Below, in pieces: positions 22,460-34,729 of a DNA stretch of 64,000 nucleotides. The position numbers and the translations under genes were made by a program. This stretch comes from Tricharina praecox (Eukaryota). Positions within the stretch are counted from its first letter, which is position 1. Each line of letters opens with the position of its first letter. The DNA is taken from assembly GCF_024521635.1 (NCBI RefSeq), contig NW_026250410.1, positions 806,001 through 870,000 of the forward strand, given 5' to 3'. The notes beneath the pieces are model-generated. The model saw only the letters and a program-made list of their open reading frames with translations, made no database searches and was not told the DNA's origin.

Positions 22460-25238
22460 ATGGCCGAACTCACCACTTTGCCGCTTTGCAACGAATCCCT
22501 GAATCTCTTCGTTCGACTTGTCCGGCTTTTGGGGAACTCAGAGGCCCTTTCCCCACTTGTGTCCAAGGATCGTGGTACTACGGCGATAGGCCCTGCCATC
22601 CGGGACGAGTGTGGACGATTCAGAGTTTGGGCCGAGAATGTTGGAGCCCACAGAAGAAATCATCGCCTATCGCTCGATCACCGTCTCAGGGAAGCAACAC
22701 GTGTGAAGAAACTGGTGATCGAACTATTGAAGGACTTGATCACTGCACTTCAAGATGGTTTGTTTCTTCACCGTTGCCGTCTCTCGAGCGAATCTGACGT
22801 TATTAGCGGGTGACATCATATCCGGCAATTATCATGATTCCTACCTACCTAAGTCCGATGCCATATCTTGGTATTCCTTGGAGGCCACAGAACTCGAGGA
22901 AGAACAGACGCTCCTGCGGACTCCATTTGAAGAATGTTTAACCGAAATATCCCATGTCATCACTTGTCTGTACAAGTTCTCGATTACCACCCAAAATCCA
23001 ACGCCTCGTGATAGGTTCGAAAAGTGTGCCGCTATCGACATGTCCCACTTCAAACACTTCGACATTTCTCATATCATGGAAAAGTTTCCAGAGATTGAAG
23101 GGAAAGATTACTTGATCCAGCGCCTTGGGAAGGCCAATACCAAGCGGCGACAACTGCTTCGCTACCACAAAAAGCATCATGAGAAAATTGTCGGCCATTG
23201 GCATACGACGAACGAAGCCGACCTCTTTGAAAAGACGACCTACAAAGCCGATCCCCTCCGTTTTGAGAGTGCATCTATAGTTCAGCCTAGTACTGAGTTT
23301 ACCCAGACCGCCACTACAGTATCAACCTTCGCACAGCCGACCATACAGGAGTATCACGAACCTAGCCCAATTGAATTTGAAGGAACTCCCTCCGAGGGTG
23401 GGCTTTCGCAGACTACTTACACATCTTCTTCTTCTTCTTCCGGAGGATCGGCAAGACAACTTCGTGTCCCTGATCCTCCCAAGGACGATCCATTCGACGG
23501 CGTGCCTTTCCAATGCCCATACTGTTTCACCTTGATCTCACTCACCAACCAGATGTCATGGATGTAAGTGCTGCTACTACCGCGCAGTAACACATGTCCT
23601 AACACTCAACCCAGGAGACATGTCTACAGGGACTTGCGACCATATATTTGCACCTTCGAGTTCTGCGTCCGATCCGAATACCTATTTGCCAGCCGCCAGG
23701 AATGGTTTGAACACGAGCGAGCCTTTCATAGACGGGAGTGGAACTGCAATGCTTGCAAAGAGTCATCTACTTCGAAAGAAATGTTCCGCCAGCATCTACA
23801 AACACGGCATCCAGACGAAGTACAGACCGAAGTGTTTGTCCAACGTGCCGAAGAAGCGATCGAAGCTGTACAAGAGTGCCCTCTGTGCAAGAAGACATAC
23901 TTCCCACGCCGACTCCAGAGTCACCTCGGACATCACATGCAACAGATAGCCTTGTTCATACTTCCCGGAGCCTCCAGCGACGATAATGAGAAAGAGTCTG
24001 TGGGAGAATTTTCGGAGTCGGATGCGGACGACTTTGAAAAGGAGCACGGTCCGGACTCGCCACCTGCGATTGACACCAGCGAAGAAGGCTTTCATGCCGC
24101 GATCAGAGACGGGAACCTTGCAGTTGTCCGGACCGGGTTATCGACCATGAAAAATTCTCCCGATGCCGACGGTTACCTGCCAATTCATCGCGCAGCACAG
24201 GCCGGTCATGCCAACATCGTCGAAGTGCTGTTACAAGCTGGAGTCGTTGTCAACGCGGAGGTCGGAACAGAAGAACGGACACCACTCTCCTGGGCGTCAG
24301 GGAATGGACACGCGGATGTAGTGGACCAACTGTTGGAGAAGGGGGCCGATGTCAACGCAAAACCAACAGGGATCCACGGAAGAACAGCCCTACAAGCAGC
24401 ATCGGACGGAGGCCACCTTGCGGTAGTGGACCGACTCTTGGAGAAGGGGGCCGATGTCAACGCAGAACCAGCACATTATGACGGAAGAACAGCCCTACAA
24501 GCAGCATCGGGAGGAGGCCACCTTGCGGCAGTGGACCGACTCTTGGAGAAGGGGGCCGATGTCAACGCAGAACCAGCACATTATGACGGAAGAACAGCCC
24601 TACAAGCAGCATCGGACGGAGGCCACCTTGCGGTAGTGGACCGACTCTTGGAGAAGGGGGCCGATGTCAACGCAGAACCAGCACATTATGACGGAAGAAC
24701 AGCCCTACAAGCAGCATCGGACGGAGGCCACCTTGCGGTAGTGGACCGACTCTTGGAGAAGGGGGCCGATGTCAACGCAGAACCAGCACATTATGACGGA
24801 AGAACAGCCCTACAAGCAGCATCGGACGGAGGCCACCTTGCGGTAGTGGACCGACTCTTGGAGAAGGGGGCCGATGTCAACGCAGAACCAGCAGGGATCC
24901 ACGGAAGAACAGCCCTACAAGCAGCATCGGACGGAGGCCACCTTGCGGTAGTGGACCGACTCTTGGAGAAGGGGGCCGATGTCAACGCAGAACCAGCACA
25001 TTATGACGGAAGAACAGCCCTACAAGCAGCATCGGACGGAGGCCACCTTGCGGTAGTGGACCGACTCTTGGAGAAGGGGGCCGATGTCAACGCAGAACCA
25101 GCACATTATGACGGAAGAACAGCCCTACAAGCAGCATCGGACGGAGGCTATCTTGCAGTGATGGAGCGGTTGCGAAGGGCCGGCGCGATTCATCAAGGTA
25201 AAATAAGGCTCAAGCTACTCCAAGAACTTCCTGACTGA
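22460..25238 (+). CDS. Helical N-domain + C2H2 zinc fingers + ankyrin-repeat protein (about 890 aa)
   Basis: ATG at 22460 (alternative 22439); introns 22758-22806 and 23564-23614. N-domain DECGRFRVWAENVGAH..SLDHRLREA and RLGKANTKRRQ; fingers FQCPYC..HVYRDLRPYICTFEFC, WNCNAC..HLQTRH and CPLC..HLGHH; about 10-11 ankyrin repeats. Confidence 0.88.
24351..25190 (+). repeat. Eight tandem 105-bp (35-aa) ankyrin units with very high internal identity
   Basis: GTCAAC unit starts at 24351, 24456, 24561, 24666, 24771, 24876, 24981 and 25086; consensus VNAEPAHYDGRTALQAASDGGHLAVVDRLLEKGAD. Confidence 0.97.
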
Positions 25239-26635
25239 TGCTCTGCGAAGTGTCTGATCGATAACCGACTGAAGTGTCCGATTAAGCTACACAAGTGATG
25301 GTGAATTTCGTTGATTCTTGACGAGGTACATGAAAGAGTGCGATGGTGTGTTTCTCAGTTATTCAAGTGGTTTTAGTGCATACTTACCTACGTGGTGAGC
25401 GTATTAGTTGCGGATTTGTTATGTACTGTTCGAGCGCGAGAGATTTCGATGTATGTATTGCCCGCAGAGAGAGAGAGAGATCTTCAGTTTCTTTCGCATG
25501 CGTAGTTTTGCCCGCAGGATTGCAAGGAAATCAGTCCGCGTTTGGTGAGCGAGTGATGGCTCCAGAACCAACAACCTCAGTCCGAAAGGGATATACTTGG
25601 TACCTCCAAGGCTTTGTGGGTTTGCCTTCAAACAACCAACATACAGTACGCTATATATTGCCACCCCATATTTATAAAAAAATCAAAGGGAGTAGATAAG
25701 TACTAGACTCCAGTGGTTCTTCTTCCGATCAACCGTATCCCATTATCGACCGATTGGCGTTTTGATCAGTGAACGAGCGCGGAGACTCGAGCTGGACTTG
25801 GACTCACGAAGCAGTCCGGAATCCAGTGTCCGGATCGGCGGCATCGCTCGTCGTGTAGATATACCATCTCTGTCGCTGAGCTCCGAGCTCCGATCCTGCA
25901 AGGCTGCAATAGTATTTACCTACCTCATACTTCGTACCATGGCGTTGCATTCCGCACCGCTCCCGATATTTCGTCTGCGGCCTCATCGTGCTCCGTGAGT
26001 TCGTGGCGCCCATGTGGATCGGTGTGGTCATCCGGTTTTAACTTCCAACTTCCACCTTCCAACTTTTGACTCTCGAGCTGTCAGTGATATTGCAGAATCG
26101 CAATTCTGGATTCTTGCGGAAAATCTCCGCCGCTCCGTGCGGGCGGGCTGGGTTTGCAATATTCATGTCTAACTAAGTAGGTAGCCAACGGACGGCAACC
26201 AAGGGCAAATTCTTGGTCTTGCGTCTCGACTCTCACGTCTTTTTCTTCTTCTTGCTTTCCCGTTTGTGTTCCCGTTCGGCTTCGGGATGCTACCTACATT
26301 GTAGTATGTATAGGCTAGATACCTGTATTTGTGGGGTATGGGTATGTAATATGCAGTAGGTAGTAGGTACATATCTTCCGAGTGAGAGTGAGAATTTCCG
26401 TCGCTGTCATGTGTGTTTGTATGTTTGTGTACTTTTGTATTTGCTCTCCGCCATTCCTTCATTCCATAATTCATTCCTTTCCGTAGATACCGTAGATACC
26501 ATATCTACCGGTATTCCCACCCGCTCTTTTACCTTTCCCTTTCCCTTCCCTTCCTTTCCCGCCTCCCCCATCCCTTTCCCTCGTGGAGTTACGGTATAGG
26601 TATACCGGCCACCATACCGCACAGAGGCACCCACG

Positions 26636-26713
26636 ATTCACAATTCACAATTCACAATTCACAATTCACAATTCACAATTCACAATTCACAATTCACAAT
26701 TCACAATTCACAA
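26636..26713. repeat. (ATTCACA)11 heptanucleotide microsatellite
   Basis: Perfect tandem 7-mer run read directly from the sequence. Confidence 0.95.
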
Positions 26714-27574
26714 ACATGCCCGAACGAAGGAAGGCATCACTGCCCCTCCAGCCCAGACAAGCCCAGACAAGCCCGCCCTTCTCCACGCCCTTCCCCACGC
26801 CCACACCCACACCCACACCCACGGTTCCTACATACATTAAGTCAGTAGTTACGGCAACAGCCGGGTGCTCATTCACATCACATACGGCATCTCCACCCCC
26901 GCCCCCCCGCCCCCCCGTACCCCCGAATCGTGCCGTTCAACTATTTCCCGCTATATAGTAGTTACGGCCGTGCCAGCTATGTAGTCGTGTCCGTGCCCGT
27001 GCCGATTCCCGCCCAGCGGCGCGGACGTCTACTACGGCAATATTGCAACAACAACAAAAAAAAAAGCCAGTCGAGGAAACGCAATAACAGACAACAAACA
27101 ACAGATCAATCCCGTCGATTGCCCCAGCTACCAATAGTATCTATGGCACCTACTTCCCACTTCCTAGTAACCACTCAAGTAGTCTGTATAGAGTACCTAT
27201 CATACAAAGCAAAAGCAAAAGAAACCGATTATAAATCCAGTACCAGGTACGTAGAGCAATGATAAAATACACTGAGTACCTACCTCATAAGTAACCCGCA
27301 AAACCAAACCAAGCCACCGTCATGCATGATTCATCGTTTCTATGATAGACTAGGTACCTAGGTAGGTAGAGTCCAGAAGTATCATACATACAAACAAACA
27401 AAAGTCCTCTGGCCGATATGGTAGAGTAGAGTAAAAGGCTCCTCCTGCCTAAGTACTGAAGAGTACTGAAGACAACTACCGAACCTGAAAGAAAAAGACA
27501 AAGAAAAAACAAGAAGAAAGCAAAAGCGTATGATAGGTATAATAGCAACGAACCCTCCGAACAATCCCCAGCGG

Positions 27575-27606
<32 letters not shown>

Positions 27607-27813
27607 AAACAAAGAAAGAAAAAAGAACCCCAGCCCAGCCACAAGCAGCAAGCAGGAAAGCAATAAAGCAAGTGTACCGACGCCAACCCCCATCCCCGAC
27701 TCCCATCCCCGCCCCATCCCCAAAACCGCAAGCAAAAAAAAAACATCAAAATCCAGAAAACAAGCAAGCAAAAAACAGAAGAATTGATAAAAAACGAAAG
27801 GGCGACGAAGTAC

Positions 27814-30203
27814 CTATCTGAACTCATCATCATCATCGGTACTATGGGGGTCCCTATCGATGACGGGCCTCAGGCTTGTGGGGCCCGTTTCCCTCTCTCT
27901 GCGCTCGAGCAGACTTCCGGGCGCAAAGATGCTCCTGGGGCCCACATCCACGAGCGGGCTGAGTTCGCCGTTCTTGGCCATCGCATCCCTCTGCGTTTTG
28001 ATACCGTGCCCAGTCGCTGCCGTACCGGCGCTGTGGAAGTTCATCGCCAGGAGCCCCGTGCCCGTGAAGGGACTGTATTCTTCCTCTGAGCTGTAGACTA
28101 GCGGTTTCTTCTTCCCGCCGGTAGTGGGTCGCCGTGCGAGCGGGGAGGTGGTGGCGGAGGCGGGGATGGGCGGGATGTCGGAGCTGGTGGCTAGGGAGAT
28201 CAAGCCGCCTTCGCGGTCGAGGGCAGTGTTGTCGCGTCGCCGGTGATGGGGGAGCGCTGTGGTGATTTCGTCGGCGCCGAAGCTGAGGAGCGTGCCGTGG
28301 TTGGCGGCTTCGCGGCTGCCGGCTGTGGAAGGTCGCTTGACGGTTCCCCGGCGCTGCAGCGCGGCGTTGGGTTCCGAGGTGTGAGAGTCGGAAGATTGCG
28401 GGCGATCCGTTGGTGGTGGCTTGCGCATTCCAGTCGTCTTGGAGCGGTGTAGGCCCTCCTTGGCTCTCTCCTCTTTGAAGGCCATCAAGGCCACTTTCCT
28501 CTTCTCTTCATATTCAGATCCCAGAAGACCACCGGGGGAGAACACCTCGCCCATCGGCAGTCCGGTCGGGATCACCGGAACTGATGGTGATCGGTCCCTT
28601 CTCGAGTGCTTCAAGGATTTACCGCGATGCAACGATTTGGAGCGTGCCATATCAGCCAATGGAGCAGGTGGTGCTGCCAGCTCCTCGGGAGAGATTAGAG
28701 GCTTCACGTGGTGTCGTCCGCGCTGGGGACTGGTCGGCGAGGCATCAGCGAAGGGATTGAGGCGTTCCTGGCCCGGAGACTGCACAGGCTCATCCTTGGA
28801 AGCGGTGATCCAATGGGCAATCCCCTTCTTCTCTGCGAGCAAGCGCGCCTTGAAATCCCGAACGATGGCATACCAACGAGCAAAGACGGACTTGTCATCT
28901 GTCGCAAAATAATACGCAAACACCGAGTTCTTGCTAAACAGACTCTGCTTGTGCTGCGATTTCAGCGCGAAACAGAACTTGGTGGGACACTTCAGCTGTT
29001 TGCTGGGTGCGAATGTCTCCGTGAACGCGTATACGTCAAAGTTGTCAAGGTTGATTGTCTGCAGGTAGTCCTTGTCGTATGGTCTGTCTTTTTTCAAGAT
29101 CCTCAACTGGCTACCGCCAATACTGACGGAACGTTTCGACCATTTCTTGTCCGCAGTAACGTAATAGTAGAACATAGTCTCGTCGATGGTCGGCTCGGCC
29201 TTTGGGAAATCCTCAAGTGTGGCCATGGTCTCTCCCCACACGTTCTTTGCCAACCGCAGGTGCGGTGTAGTACCGGCGTCCCATGTGTTGACAACATCCG
29301 ACACTTGCTCAAAGTAGCGAACCTGACGCTGGATGCCGAGGCTCGGCCACACTTCCATCAGACACCGCTGATGACCTGGCCGCACTTTCTGCAGAAGCGA
29401 TCCGGCATCGGTGCTGTAGAGTATCGGGTGAGTGGTTGGGACGTGCGCTTCATGGTGGAGTTGGATTTTGAGATCGTAGGCCTGAAAACAATGGGAACGA
29501 GACACGCAAAGTCGTCAGCAATGGTTTTTTTCACCAGATGGTTGTGATTATATTGTGTGCTACGGTAGTAGCTGCAGTACCCAGGGGAAACTTTCTCTCC
29601 CTCTTCCACTTCTTTTCTGCCCACAACACCACCAACAACACCGCGAAAATATAGGATATCAAATCTCACCGTATCATCCAACGGTCTCTTCGGTTTCGAA
29701 GGCCGTCTCTTCTTCCCTTCCAACGCCGCAATAGCATCCTCCCTTGCCTTCTGCCTCTCTTCATCCTCCACGCTCTCGGCTAACCGAACCTCTGATCTCT
29801 CCGGCGACTTAACCAGCTTCCTGTACTGGTCCCGGTCGCGGTGCTGCGCAGGAGTCGACAGCGTCGCAGTCGGCGCCGTGTGATCTTTCGTGGACGTGTT
29901 CAGACGCAGTATCTGCCTGAACTTCGATCTGTGTCTCTGCAATTGCTGTGGCTGGTCGTCCACGTGATGATGTTCCGAGTGGTCGGCCCGTGGCGACGAA
30001 GTCACCGAATCGATAAGCAGCCTCGGAGGAGCCGCCGCCGACACTGTCGGTCGCGTCTTTCTTTGGGGGCTGGACGGGGCTGATTGGACTGGTGCCGCGG
30101 CGACGGCGGCGACGGCGGCAGCAGCGGTAGTGGCCGCCGGTTTCCGACGGACTGTCTTGTAGCGTGATGGGGGTGCGTGTCGGGACGTTTCGGTTTCCAT
30201 CAT
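27814..30203 (-). CDS. RA-like/PH-domain protein
   Basis: Exon 1 starts MMETETSRHAPPSRYKTVRRK. Intron 29669-29482 joins DDT|AYDLK. RA-like segment LMEVW..LGIQRQVRYFEQVSDVVNTWD; PH domain KKWSKR..NLDNFDVY..CPTKFCFALKSQ..YFATDD..RWY. Confidence 0.78.
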
Positions 30204-32743
30204 TGCGGTTGCGGGTAGGGCTGGGCTGTTCTGGAACTGGTTGATATTGTCGGCTATAGTTTCGGTCGCGTGTGCGGTTTAACTGAATCGGAGTAATTCG
30301 ACAGGTTGGTACTGTTACTATCGATGGCTGATGTGATATGGTTCAGCGGGGAGAGGGAGGGACGGTGGACGCAGGGAAAGTGAGATCGGGATGGTGTTCT
30401 GCTCGAGTGGTTTCGTCTTCGACGTAACTACGGGGCGTGTGGAGATGGTATGGTATCTAAATCTAATTGTGGGGGATGCAGGTCGGTTTAAGAACCTGGG
30501 AAGAGACGGGCTTGTGCCTTCGACAACAGGGGTGGCAGTGGTTAGTCGGATGTAGCGCGGTGGGCCGTGAGAGATGGCGGGACGGGGATGGAGGGGAGAG
30601 ACGGGGGTGGGTGGGAAGGGGGGGCCTTCTCGCCTGCCGTGCACCGTTCGACGGGCTGTGGTCTTCCTCTCCATGGGAACGGACGGACGGCCACATGAAT
30701 TCCGACACAACAACCGCAACCGGCAGAACGACACAGAGCCAACCAAACCATCACCATCACCACCGCCGCCGCCGTGGTGCAACATGGCCACCACCACCGT
30801 GAGAGCACCCGCGCGCGCAGGAGATGGCGAGATGCATCTGGGGGGATACGTATGCCCACGATGGAAGTGTACATATGGGGATACGTACGCCCGCGATTGC
30901 AGTCCGAATGGAATACCTCCATCTGCGTGCGCCCATTGAAGCAAAGCCAAGTCCAGAGCACGAATGGGTGCTCTAGAGTGACTTAGCATCAGACTAGTAA
31001 TTCGTACACCGCCGGTGCGCATTCGGCCACTCTGCGGAGGCGGTTGGGGTTGGCAGGTATGTATCATCAGACACACCCGATGATCTAGCGGCTGTCAGCG
31101 GATCATGGTTCCCCACTGGATGTCATGGTGCATCGTGACATTCGACGATCTCTCGTCGGTGGCCAATCAACACGCAATACCCCCCGCCGTCTTCCAATGC
31201 ATTATCCTCCTTGGTCTGGGCGACATAGTTGCAATCATCCCCATCCAGTCACGATGGCGCAGGTGTGCGTGCGAAACACGAGCAAGCAGGATGTTTGGAC
31301 GCCTCACGGAGCATGAAACAATTGCCATCGAATAATTGCAGGAAAGAGAAGTAAAATAAGCATAAGCACACGATACGGTTACGATGCGATAGAGTAGAGA
31401 GGTGCCAGCCCACCCCATGTCCACCGCGTTTCGTGGGCCTGGCAGTTCCCAAAGTAGCCACCGGAGGATAACAGCCAATTGCGGCCCTCGTCGATAGTGT
31501 TGACCTGGCCTGTGGCTGTGCCTGCCAGCAGGGCTCTTCACCGTGGACAGACGCGAAGAAAGGAGATGCCTCGGAAGGGAAATTGGAGGCGTACAAGCGC
31601 CGTTTCAAGCCCGGGTACGCTTAGATGGATGTGCTTTCGTGCACGGCTCGAGGAGCCGTGCGAACCTACCGCGCCGTTGAATTGCATCGCGAAGGAAGCG
31701 TAGAGACGTAGGTAGAGCAGAGCAACGTATGATGCCGTAATATCTCACTCAAGAGGTGCTCCAATAGTGTAATATATCTGGCATCTTGGCCTCTGATATG
31801 AACAGAGATTCTGTACTGTTGCTTGTTTTACTTCCCGTTCAGGTAATAATCTGTGCGCCAACAGCAAAAAATGCCAGATCTGAGATATTGGCTACCTCGT
31901 AAGTGAGTGAATACAGTACTACTAGTAGTAGCAAGTAATACTCCAGAGCAAAGGTACAAAATGTCCAGTACTCCGTCAGTGGATCTATCTTGGTGCAAAC
32001 GTACGGCCAGCCGAGTGAGTACGAGTAAACGGGACGCCTTCTACCAAAACCCCAGCGCAGGTGTCCAAAGACTTTCGCCACTTGAGTACATACATCAGCG
32101 GAGCCGGTAGAGTATCCATGGCAACCAGCACATCTCGTTGTCCTCTTTGTTCCTCGATGACGAAAGTAAAGTACAGGCGAAGCGTACTAGCACACACGAA
32201 AGGCTTCGGCTGCGTCGGATGCAGGGCTACCCAGATCAACGATGTCGGAAAAACATGGCCGGAGCTTACGGTACTCCTCCCACCCAGTGATGGGACCGAT
32301 CGAATGGCTTGTCCGTCCGGCGGCGGTGGCAGACAACCTACTGTATGTATGACCCGCATCTGCGCAACGTGGTCGGCGAGCATGTCGTCATCCGGACCCA
32401 CCAGCTTCTTGTGTGCGCCGTTGAGGTGGCGCAGGGCTTCTTTCTGTCGGCGCCGGTTGCGATCATGACGAGTGTGGGGAACTACCGATATAGAAAGTGA
32501 CATACCCAATCGGATGCCAAGATTTGGCGCTGGAGCGCAGAATCGTCCTCAGGTCCGACCGATTCAACGGCAAAAACTAAATCAACGACTTGAGTTTCTG
32601 CACGCGGACAGAGCTGAATGCCGAATGCCTATATAACGTTTTTGTCAAAGTTGGTCGCCCGGAGATCTAGGCACGAGTTAAGGTTTGGCGGTGGAAGAGT
32701 CTCGACGGCCACGATGGACCATCGACGAGTCCATGGTTACGAG

Positions 32744-32836
32744 GCGGCGAACTCTGATGAGCGGGCCCGGCGAACTTTGATGAGCGGCGAACTTTGATGA
32801 GCGGCCAACATTGTTCGGCGGCCAACTTTGTTGGCC
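32744..32836. repeat. Five imperfect 17-bp direct repeats, consensus GCGGCSAACTTTGWTGA
   Basis: gcggcgaactctgatga, ccggcgaactttgatga, gcggcgaactttgatga, gcggccaacattgttcg, gcggccaactttgttgg. Confidence 0.8.
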
Positions 32837-34729
32837 TCTCAGTCTTAAATAGAGGTCTTCACCGTAGACGATAGGTTCTTCTTCTGTATCGAATAGAAGA
32901 TCATTATCTATATACCTGCCTATTTTCAACAGTTATAACTCTCTTCTCGGGCTCTGGGAGGATCGGACCGTGACAAAAACTGGTGTGAATGGTGTTGTCG
33001 AGACGTTCCGGTGCTTCTCGGACTGTCACTCTGGAACTCTACTTCATGCTGATCACGCCGCCAAGTTAGCGTGCACGCCAAGCCCTAGCTACCCCTTATA
33101 AACCACAGCTGTCCTTTCAACTCCCCTTTCCGCCCCTCCTCCTCCCTACCTTACATACCCCACCCAGCACTTTCCCCCTGACTTCCCCCACCCCCCTCCC
33201 CCCCAATATACCCAACGCAAACTATGTTTCGTTTCCCCGTCTCTTCCTTGCGGTACTTATACCTCACTATCGTGCCATCTTTTTGGCCCTGCTCATCCCT
33301 GCGCTGCGCTGTCCAGATTGGTCGTGAAAGCTAAGCTTTGAGGTTCACTGCTGACGCCACGACAGTAGGCTTCCAGGAAAGAACATATAGTTTCCTTGGT
33401 TATCCTCATCCGCGCCGATCGAGATGAGATTCGCTTCCCGAACGGTTTCTTTCGAGTAGGACATCGGCCAATGTCCTCGGAATCGAAACGTCGGGTCGAC
33501 ACTCTGAGCGATACTTAAAGCGATATGATAACAACAAAACAAGAGTCGGCTAGAGATTTATCTCCGCCGGACTAGATTTTGAATGTTAAGCTATGCTGCA
33601 AAGTATGTGGATGTCGCACCTGTCCGTCCTGTAAAGGATAGATGGGATTGTTGAACCGAATCTTCTTTTAAGAAGAGTTTTCGGATGGACCAGCCAGCTC
33701 GGCCTATAGAGCTTTGAAAAAAAAAAGAAGGGTGGTTCCGCAACGGTCGAGCGTTCCGGCTGTTCGAATACCCGCAAAAACCGGATCGATGTCCTCGGAG
33801 GTGTGGTCTCGTCGTCACTTCGGCGTTTGATCACCTCCACAGTCACTGGCAAGCCAAGCTAGCCAGCAGACCCCATCACCACACACCAGCAGAAGGAATT
33901 GTCCGAATGCTAAATCATGCCGCGAGGAGAATCACCGCTACGACGCCCTCCGGCCCGACGGTACGCACCTTTGATTCTGTCTCCTGTCCAATGTTGCGCT
34001 CTTACTAACTCGCAAACCCATCAATTTAGTATGAATGAGATACCCGTGCCAAGTCTACCTGTTTTATGTGTGGGCGAAAACACTGAACGGAGAGATGACT
34101 TGTCATTTGGGGTATGAACAATCGTATGTGGGCATAAGTGCTGAGAATCAGCCGGCATGTTTGAATGGTAGGTGTCATCATTTTCTTGAATCTCTGACCG
34201 ATCTTGCTTTTATTTGCTTTCCCTTTGATTTCGATTGTTCCCTGTGCTTGCTTTACTCGTTCCACACAGTGTCGGCGTTGGTCTGGGAGGTTGTTGCTGT
34301 GGGAGGAGGAGGAGGAGGAGGAGGTGGTGGTGGTGGTGGAGAATGAAACTTGCGGCGAGAAGAATTTGGGAGGGAGATAGCCGTATAATTGTACCAATAC
34401 GACATGGCTATTTGGTTCTGCCATTGATGAAAACATGATCCGCGAATGTGAATAAAATCTTCAACCGCGCCCTGCCAAGAAAAGTTGCCGTTCATGTGTA
34501 ATGAGAGCAGACAAGTGGGCTACTCGATGAGATCAGATAAGATTTAGCGAAGAGCATATGTTTATCGCCTAGGTATTACGCCGAACTCTTTTCCAAAAAA
34601 CTGCACGAGCAGAGTACCGTTTGCAGCACCCGATAACCCAAATAAACCCGTCTCCACCGTCACAATTCCCCATCACCACCGTCACCCATCCGCCACCACC
34701 ACCACTGTCCCCCCTCTCTCTACGAAAAG

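Noticed and set aside
24351..25190. Regular repeat array resembling CRISPR
   Set aside because: There are no unique spacers; units are 105-bp in-frame ankyrin codons in a eukaryotic gene.
20190..25238. Amyloid signalling motif (HET-s, sigma or PP/RHIM type) linking the paired genes
   Set aside because: I found no N/Q/G-rich pseudo-repeat at either terminus of either protein, so amyloid coupling is unsupported.
26636..26713. Heptamer run as an interstitial telomere
   Set aside because: ATTCACA/TGTGAAT does not match TTAGGG-type fungal telomeric repeats; treated as an ordinary microsatellite.
32744..32836. Short direct repeats as a CRISPR-like array
   Set aside because: Repeats are adjacent or 6 bp apart, with no spacers and no cas genes.
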